This document shows, piece by piece, positions 57,801 to 64,000 of a stretch of DNA of 64,000 nt. Every line of letters starts with the position of its first letter. The first letter of the stretch is position 1. The notes under the pieces are model-generated. The model ran no database searches. It worked only from the letters and a program-made list of their open reading frames with translations, and was not told where the DNA came from. This stretch comes from Macrostomum lignano (Eukaryota), in the NCBI GenBank assembly GCA_002269645.1, contig NIVC01001156.1, positions 1 through 64,000 of the forward strand, in the 5' to 3' direction. Both the position numbers and the translations under genes were made by a program.

Positions 57801-60106
57801 GCTGCTCACGCACCGAGTCGAACTCGGTGAGGTCGGCAGCCAGGCCGGACTGTGAGGCGAACACCTGCGGATAGTCCGGTTGCTCCTCAATGATGATGAA
57901 GTAGGCGGTGTGGGCCGTGTAGTTCGAGCTGCTGGACACCTCCTGGACCGTGATGTTCAGGCGGGCTGCGCCAGTCTTGTGCTGCAGTGTGGAGATGATA
58001 ACAGGAGATGAGAAAACCGGTCTATAGATGAGGACAGGAGAGGGTAGGGGTCTATAGATGAGGACAGGAGAGGGTAGGGGTCTATAGATGAGGACAGGAG
58101 AGGGTAGGGGTCTATAGATGAGGACAGGAGAGGGTAGGGGTCTATAGATGAGAACAGGACAGGGTAGGGGTCTATAGATGAGGACAGGACAGGGTAGGGG
58201 TCTATAGATGAGGACAGGACAGGGTAGGGGTCTATAGATGAGAACAGGACAGGGTAGGGGTCTATAGATGAGGACAGGACAGGGTAGGGGTCTATAGATG
58301 AGAACAGGATAGGGTAGGGGTCTATAGATGAGAACAGGACAGGGTAAGGGCTATTTGACTGCCTGACTATAGCACTCCAGTCGCCAGCAGTTCCAGGGTG
58401 GACCAGAAGCAGTCAGAAGTTCCTACCGGCCTGTGGTCGAACCGGATGACCCCGTCCCTGTCGATGGACCAGTTCCCCTGGTGCACCCAGTCCGCAGTTG
58501 TTGGCAGCCTGTCGAAGACCACGCAGCTCTGCGGGCAGATGCTGCTGATGTCGATGGTGAACCTGTCGGGCACTGAGTGCTCCTGGACTCGGGAGCGAAG
58601 ATTTAGAAACACCAGCTCGTCTTCGAGGTTGCAGTTGCACACCGCAGGGCTGGGGTCGAGATTGTCGCTTCCGGACTCGCGGAAACAGTTGGACAGGATG
58701 AGGAGAGCCAGGACTGACTGCCTTATGAGCTGCTGTGCGGCGAGGCAAAGTTGAAGACAATTTTTTTCAGGATTCAGTCCTGTTTTACTGTATGAGATTC
58801 CTGGTCTATGGGTGAGATTGACAGTCCCGATCTTTGGGTGAGATTGACAGTCCTGATCTTTGGGTGAGATTGACAGTCCTGATCTATGGGTGAGATTGAC
58901 AGTCCTGATCTATGGGTGAGATTGACAGTCCTGATCTATGGGTGAGATTGACAATCCCGGTCTATGGGTGAGATTGACAGTCCTGATCTATGGGTGAGAT
59001 TGACAGTCTTGATCTATGGGTGAGATGGAGATTGACAGTCCTGATCTATGGGTGAGATTGACAGTCCTGATCTATGGGTGAGATTGACAATCCCGGTCTA
59101 TGGGTGAGATTGACAGTCCTGATCTATGGGTGAGATTGACAGTCTTGATCTATGGGTGAGATGGAGATTGACAGTCCTGATCTATGGGTGAGATTGAGAG
59201 TCCTGATATATGGGTGAGATTGACAGTCCCAATCTATGGGTGAGATTGACAGTCCTGATCTATGGGTAAGATTGACAGTCCCGATCTATGGGTGAGATGG
59301 AGATTGACAGTCCTGATCTATGGGTGAGATTGAGATTGACAGTCCTGATCTATGGGTGAGATTGACAGTCCTGATCTATGGGTGAGATTGACAGTCCTGA
59401 TCTATGGGTGAGATTGACTGTCCTGATCTATGGGTGAGATTGACAGTCCCGATCTATGGGTGAGATTGACAGTCCCGATCAATATGGGTGAGATTGACAG
59501 TCCCGATCTATGGGTGAGATTGACAGTCCCGATCAATATGGGTGAGATTGACAGTCCTGATCTATGGGTGAGATTGACAGTCCTGATCTATGGGTGAGAT
59601 TGACAGTCTTGATCTATGGGTGAGATGGAGATTGACAGTCCTGATCTATGGGTGAGATTGAGAGTCCTGATATATGGGTGAGATTGACAGTCCCAATCTA
59701 TGGGTGAGATTGACAGTCCTGATCTATGGGTAAGATTGACAGTCCCGATCTATGGGTGAGATGGAGATTGACAGTCCTGATCTATGGGTGAGATTGAGAT
59801 TGACAGTCCTGATCTATGGGTGAGATTGACAGTCCTGATCTATGGGTGAGATTGACTGTCCTGATCTATGGGTGAGATTGACAGTCCCGATCTATGGGTG
59901 AGATTGACAGTCCCGATCAATATGGGTGAGATTGACAGTCCCGATCTATGGGTGAGATTGACAGTCCCGATCAATATGGGTGAGATTGACAGTCCTGATC
60001 TATGGGTGAGATTGACAGTCCTGATCTATGGGTGAGATTGACAGTCCTGATCTATGAGATTAATTCAATAGTCACAATATCGCAGACTTACAAAGGTTTT
60101 CTCCAT
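51849..60106 (-). CDS. Uncharacterised type I membrane protein: signal peptide, two degenerate cadherin-like repeats, two EGF-like domains, TM helix, acidic cytoplasmic tail; 6 exons, about 591 aa
   Basis: Exons 60092-60106 (MEKTF), 58427-58732, 57321-57981 (..ILQNPCVNEGTCW), 56501-56681 ([35 protein letters not shown]), 55209-55370 (CVCPENRLNC..WQLAAILLGLAACICCIAAILILA), 51849-52299. All GT-AG and phase-consistent, 1776 nt total. The 15-nt first exon is the least certain. Confidence 0.78.
52555..52910. repeat. 82-bp G-rich tandem repeat, about 4 copies
   Basis: GAATGGGG starts at 52725 and 52807. Confidence 0.92.
53832..55140. repeat. About 20-bp minisatellite (CAGAGTGACAGATACTGTTR)
   Basis: Read directly. 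Confidence 0.95.
55403..56458. repeat. 20-bp minisatellite (GGGGTGTGACAGTGTGRCAT) filling intron 55371-56500
   Basis: About 50 copies; HCH-repeat ORFs are artefacts. Confidence 0.97.
56915..57195. repeat. 21-bp minisatellite (TACCTGTCGGAATGAATGGAC)
   Basis: Read directly. Confidence 0.92.
58020..58345. repeat. 30-bp minisatellite filling intron 57982-58426
   Basis: TCTATAGATG recurs every 30 nt, about 11 copies. Confidence 0.96.
58805..60056. repeat. 26-bp minisatellite (TGGGTGAGATTGACAGTCCTGATCTA) filling intron 58733-60091
   Basis: About 45 copies with a higher-order duplication. Confidence 0.96.
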
Positions 60107-60750
60107 TGAAGTCGTCCTTCACAAGCCAGCAGAATCTAATGTGTGGTGGTTGCCAAGAACCCGCGTACAGTTGAGTCCAGTCTTACTAAACTCTATTCCA
60201 AGTTATTCAGCTAGTTTAAGTTAGTTGTGTGCTCAACTTTAACGAGTCAAAAGCCCTATCTTATCAGCAATTTGGCAATTCAAATTAGAAAAGCCATTTG
60301 CCCATTTTGCATGACAGGCAGCAGATTCTCTGGGCTCGCCCTGTCGCCCATGGAGACAGAAAACAGGTAAATGCTGCAGCAGGTGTCAACTGTTCGCTCT
60401 TTTGGTTGTGCACGGGCAAATTTCGGTGTTAAATACGAATTATAGTCTACTAAGAGTAGAAATAAATGGAAAATTTCACTTAAAACATATTCAATGTTTA
60501 ACTTTACTGGTTATACCGTATAGCCGATAATCAAAATCGGTTAAAAAGATTAATAAAAAGAATAAAACGCGTATATTTGAGGACGGTGAGTCATCACAGA
60601 CGGTGGCGGCAATACGCGCTAAAAGGATAAAAGATTTACGAGCGCGAAGTTAGAAATAAGTCAATAATAAAAAGTTCCGAGGCAAAATAGTAGTCCCGTG
60701 CTTTTAGCCTACTTATAGTAGACAAAAAACATTTTAGTAGCCTAAATGAG

Positions 60751-61729
60751 CTACTTTGCGCCCCCGCTGCTGTTCTCCAGCTCCACCAGCAGCTCGATGA
60801 GCGCGGCGCAGAATTCGTCAACGCCCGGCGCCAGGCCAAGGCGCACCGGCATCTCCGGGTAGCCCAGGCCGAACTTCACCAGCCAGTAGAAGGCCCGCTC
60901 GGCCGACTCGTGCGCCGGCTTGCTCAACCGGTCGCGCAGCTGCATCATGCCGACTTTCGACTGGCCGAAGCCGCCGGTCATCAGCAGGCGTAAGAAGGCG
61001 ATCAGAGTGGCGAAACCCGTCTGCAAATCTGCCAGCACCTGCGGATTGGTGATTTTCGGCATGATTTTAATTGGCAAACCGCAGACTCTGTGATACTGCA
61101 GATTTTGGCACAGCGGTCTGTCGCATTGTTTGTGCTTTCTGGAGGTCCTAGGTTCGAGTCTTGAGTTATCTAACGGCTTTAAGCTTAAGTAGATAAAATA
61201 CACAGAAAGCAGCCTGTACTGCGGGGAAGGTCTTAGCGCAGCGGTCCAGCGAATCGCTTTCACATCCTAGAGGTCTCGGGATCGATGGCCACACCATTTT
61301 CAATATGAAAATAAACTAATTTTCACAACATATCGCCAGAGTGGGTTTAATGAGCTCGAAGTCCCACGACTACGTACTTCGAAATAGCGATCGGCAAGAC
61401 TCTTCAGAGATTTCACACTTAAAAAGCGTCCCCGATAGGATTTCGAAATTTTCTAACCTGCGGATGGAACCGATTGACGCCGCAGGCCACTAGAAGGCCG
61501 GTCAGGGCCGCATGCTTGAGGCAGCCGCAGGCGTCAAGCTCCTCGGCCGTCCAGGTGCCGTCCTGATTCTGGCGTCGGACCAGCTCAGGCTCCAGTGATG
61601 CCGAAGAGGCGTTGGTCGACAGGATGGGGCGCAGAGCCTGGTGGAGGCGGTCCCGGTTCAGGTAGACGCTGGCCACGGGCGGCTCATCCTTAGCCAGCTT
61701 CAGCGTTGAGTACATGGCCAGGCTAGGGG
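60751..61729 (-). CDS. PARP4: Last two exons of a PARP4 (vault PARP)-like gene: C-terminal MVP-interaction domain; upstream exons not identified
   Basis: Exons 61458-61729 and 60751-61038 join in phase 0. ELVRRQNQDGTW..LTGLLVACGV..FATLIAFL..ESAERAFYWL..YPEMPVRLGL parallels the recalled human PARP4 C-terminus ELLSLQTEDGFW..LHSFLKQKGI..IATMLVLQFI..EAIKQASEWV..YPSICPRLEL. Confidence 0.75.
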
Positions 61730-62679
61730 CTGCGGATCAATAGATGTACAGGTACGTGGGAAAATATGCCGAACAATCTGTTCTACGATACATATCGGCA
61801 AGCAGAGCTATATAAGATGTCTAAATCAGAACTCCTTCGATACATATCGGTAGACAGCTAAATTCCTAGCAATAACAGAGTTACGTTGGTAGGCTGTTTG
61901 AAATGAAAACAACTCAAAAACACCACAAGATTCAATGGGAAAGCATTAAGCCAGTAAACGGGTTTTATTAAAGCATAAATATGAATATTTGAAACATTTA
62001 TGGGCCAGATCTTCCATACCAAAAGTGGCAAAAAGATTGGCAGGGCAAAACAATATTTACTAACAAATACAGAAACAGCACAACAAAGATTATCAAGCGG
62101 GTAAAATACATTTTCATGTTTTTAGAAAAAAAACTGCTTACATAGATTCACACAGTCTACTCGGCAGTAGTATGTAAATATGTAAGTGTACGTGAACAGT
62201 TGCGAATAAATATTGGAAAGGATATAAAAACCGGACCCAAAAATAACGAACTTAAAAATAGTAAAAGACCAATGTTTTCTAAGAAAGCAATGCACATTTT
62301 TATCCCACTACAGCGCAGGCTTAGTAGTCCATTTTGGTCCGTCTATGTGTGCCAAGCTGATTGCTAAGACATCTCCTGGAGCACTAAAGGCACAAAAAAG
62401 CGAACTAAAATATGGATTTGATAACTAAATAAACACATTTGTCGTTTACCTTGAGATCGGCTGTAGTGATAATTGCAATAAAAGTTATAATATAGATAAA
62501 AGTAACTTTGTCTAAATGGCAGAAATAGCAGAGAACTAGGTATGTTCACTTGAGGCCGAATATAACTTGTATTGCATGGGTGCTTGGATTTCAGGTGTAT
62601 TAATCTCAGGTGCTTAAAGTACATCCACCAGCCTGTAATTAACTTTTGCTGCTAATGAGAAGCGCCATTAGATTCTCAG

Positions 62680-62935
62680 GGAGACACCATTAGGTGCTTA
62701 GGGGGGCACCATCGAGTGCTTAAGAGGACACGATTAGGTGCTTAGTGGGAGCACCATTAGGTGCTTAGGGGGGCACCATCGAGTGCTTAAGAGGACACGA
62801 TTAGGTGCTTAGTGGGAGCACCATTAGGTGCTTAGTGGGAGCACCATTAGGTGCTTAGTGGGAGCACCATTAGGTGCTTAGGAGGCACCATTAGGTGCTT
62901 AGGAGGCACCATTAGGTGCTTAGGCGGCGCCATTA
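62680..62935. repeat. 22-23-bp minisatellite (CACCATTAGGTGCTTAGTGGGAG)
   Basis: Read directly; degenerate continuation to about 63050. Confidence 0.88.
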
Positions 62936-64000
62936 GATTCATAGTGAGTGCCATTAAATTCCCAATGGGCGCCATTAGATCCCCAGTGGGGGTATTATTA
63001 GATTCCCAGGGGGCGCTATTAGGCGCTTAGGGGCACCGTTAGACTCTTAAAGTGCTTAGAGAACTCTATATTCGGTGCGAAATTGAATCTAGCAAGAGAG
63101 TCTATTGATACAAGTCACTGGCAACACGAGAGCAAATTAAGCAAAAATGTATGATAATTTAAAAGCAGGAACAACATTGACAAATAAATTAAAACTGCAC
63201 TAGCTGCATTAAAATATTACAGATGCCCATTCTGAGCTTTAATTAATTAATTTTTAAAATAATTAAATTAGTTTTGATGGAAATTAAGCGTTCGAATTTA
63301 TTAAAACATTTTCTGAACTACAAACAGCCAGGCTTTTGGCCTCCGATTGAAGCAGTTTTACAACACATTCTAGCAATACTGACACTTATTTAAACAAATC
63401 GTGTTCCATTTGTCAGTGAATTAGAATTTTATAATTTATTTCATAACAAAACAAACACACCACCTTTCAGATCGGAAGAAGCAAAAAAAGACAAAAACAT
63501 TGCACAAACACAGAAGTTTTGTTAGCAAATTCGAAGCAAATTCTCAGTAAAAATGTAAACAGGGCAAGCAGTATTGCCATTTGAAGAAAACATTGCAAAG
63601 TATTATTATTAAACTCGAAACTTAAGCAGGGGAAATTGCTGTACGAGTAAATATGGTATATAGATATTAATTTTTAGTATATGGAAATAAATATAAATCA
63701 GTCTCTTCGGCTGAAATTAAATCTTTGATGAATATTTTGATTTTTTAATAATTTACAGAAAGTTAGTTTCCTGTTTTGATACTACTGATCATATTTCCCA
63801 GCGGCAGTAGTATATAAAAAGCCGTAAATTTTTTGGTGAAAAAAAGTCGACTTTTCTAAAGCGATCCTCTCGGAGATTCTCGATGCAGTCAGTCAGTTAC
63901 AACTCTTTGATTTCAAGCCTTTTGCAAGCAAAACTCTGCCGCTCTAAGCCACCGCAGCCCCGTCTTCTCCGTCTCCATCCCGCTCGTCCTTGTTCGAACA

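Noticed and set aside
62300-64000. Additional upstream exons of the PARP4-like gene
   Set aside because: Candidate segments near 62300-62390 and 63900-64000 gave no phase-compatible, recognisable peptide.

Overview
Eukaryotic (metazoan) genomic DNA: GC-rich exons, GT-AG introns, and a very high load of mini/microsatellites and transposon relics. The style suggests a free-living flatworm such as Macrostomum; this is an unverified inference. Seven protein-coding genes were reconstructed by hand. (1) Galactocerebrosidase GALC (minus; 8 phase-consistent exons traced, 3' end unresolved), hosting (2) an intronless antisense CHMP4/Snf7 gene in one intron and a tRNA-Lys(CTT) in the next. (3) Intronless NME5, head-to-head with (4) a 3-exon MPPED-type metallophosphoesterase. 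(5) A 6-exon, 386-aa GPI-anchored two-Ig (Dpr/DIP/IgLON-like) gene. (6) A 6-exon, about 591-aa orphan type I membrane protein with two cadherin-like repeats and two EGF domains. (7) The last two exons of a PARP4 (vault PARP)-like gene. Mobile DNA comprises a Chapaev-like non-autonomous element (398-bp TIRs, 4-bp TSD), two RTE-clade LINE copies, a 275-bp retro-insertion with a 14-bp TSD, and a 5'-truncated Penelope-like element in a (TC)n tract. The strongest leads are the Penelope element (minimal hammerhead ribozyme; linker motif apparently placed after the GIY-YIG domain instead of before it) and the repeated pattern of introns filled by their own private tandem array starting close to the donor site. 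GALC and CHMP4 each carry a 1-bp deletion (assembly error or pseudogenisation). Most long ORFs in the supplied track are translations of tandem repeats.
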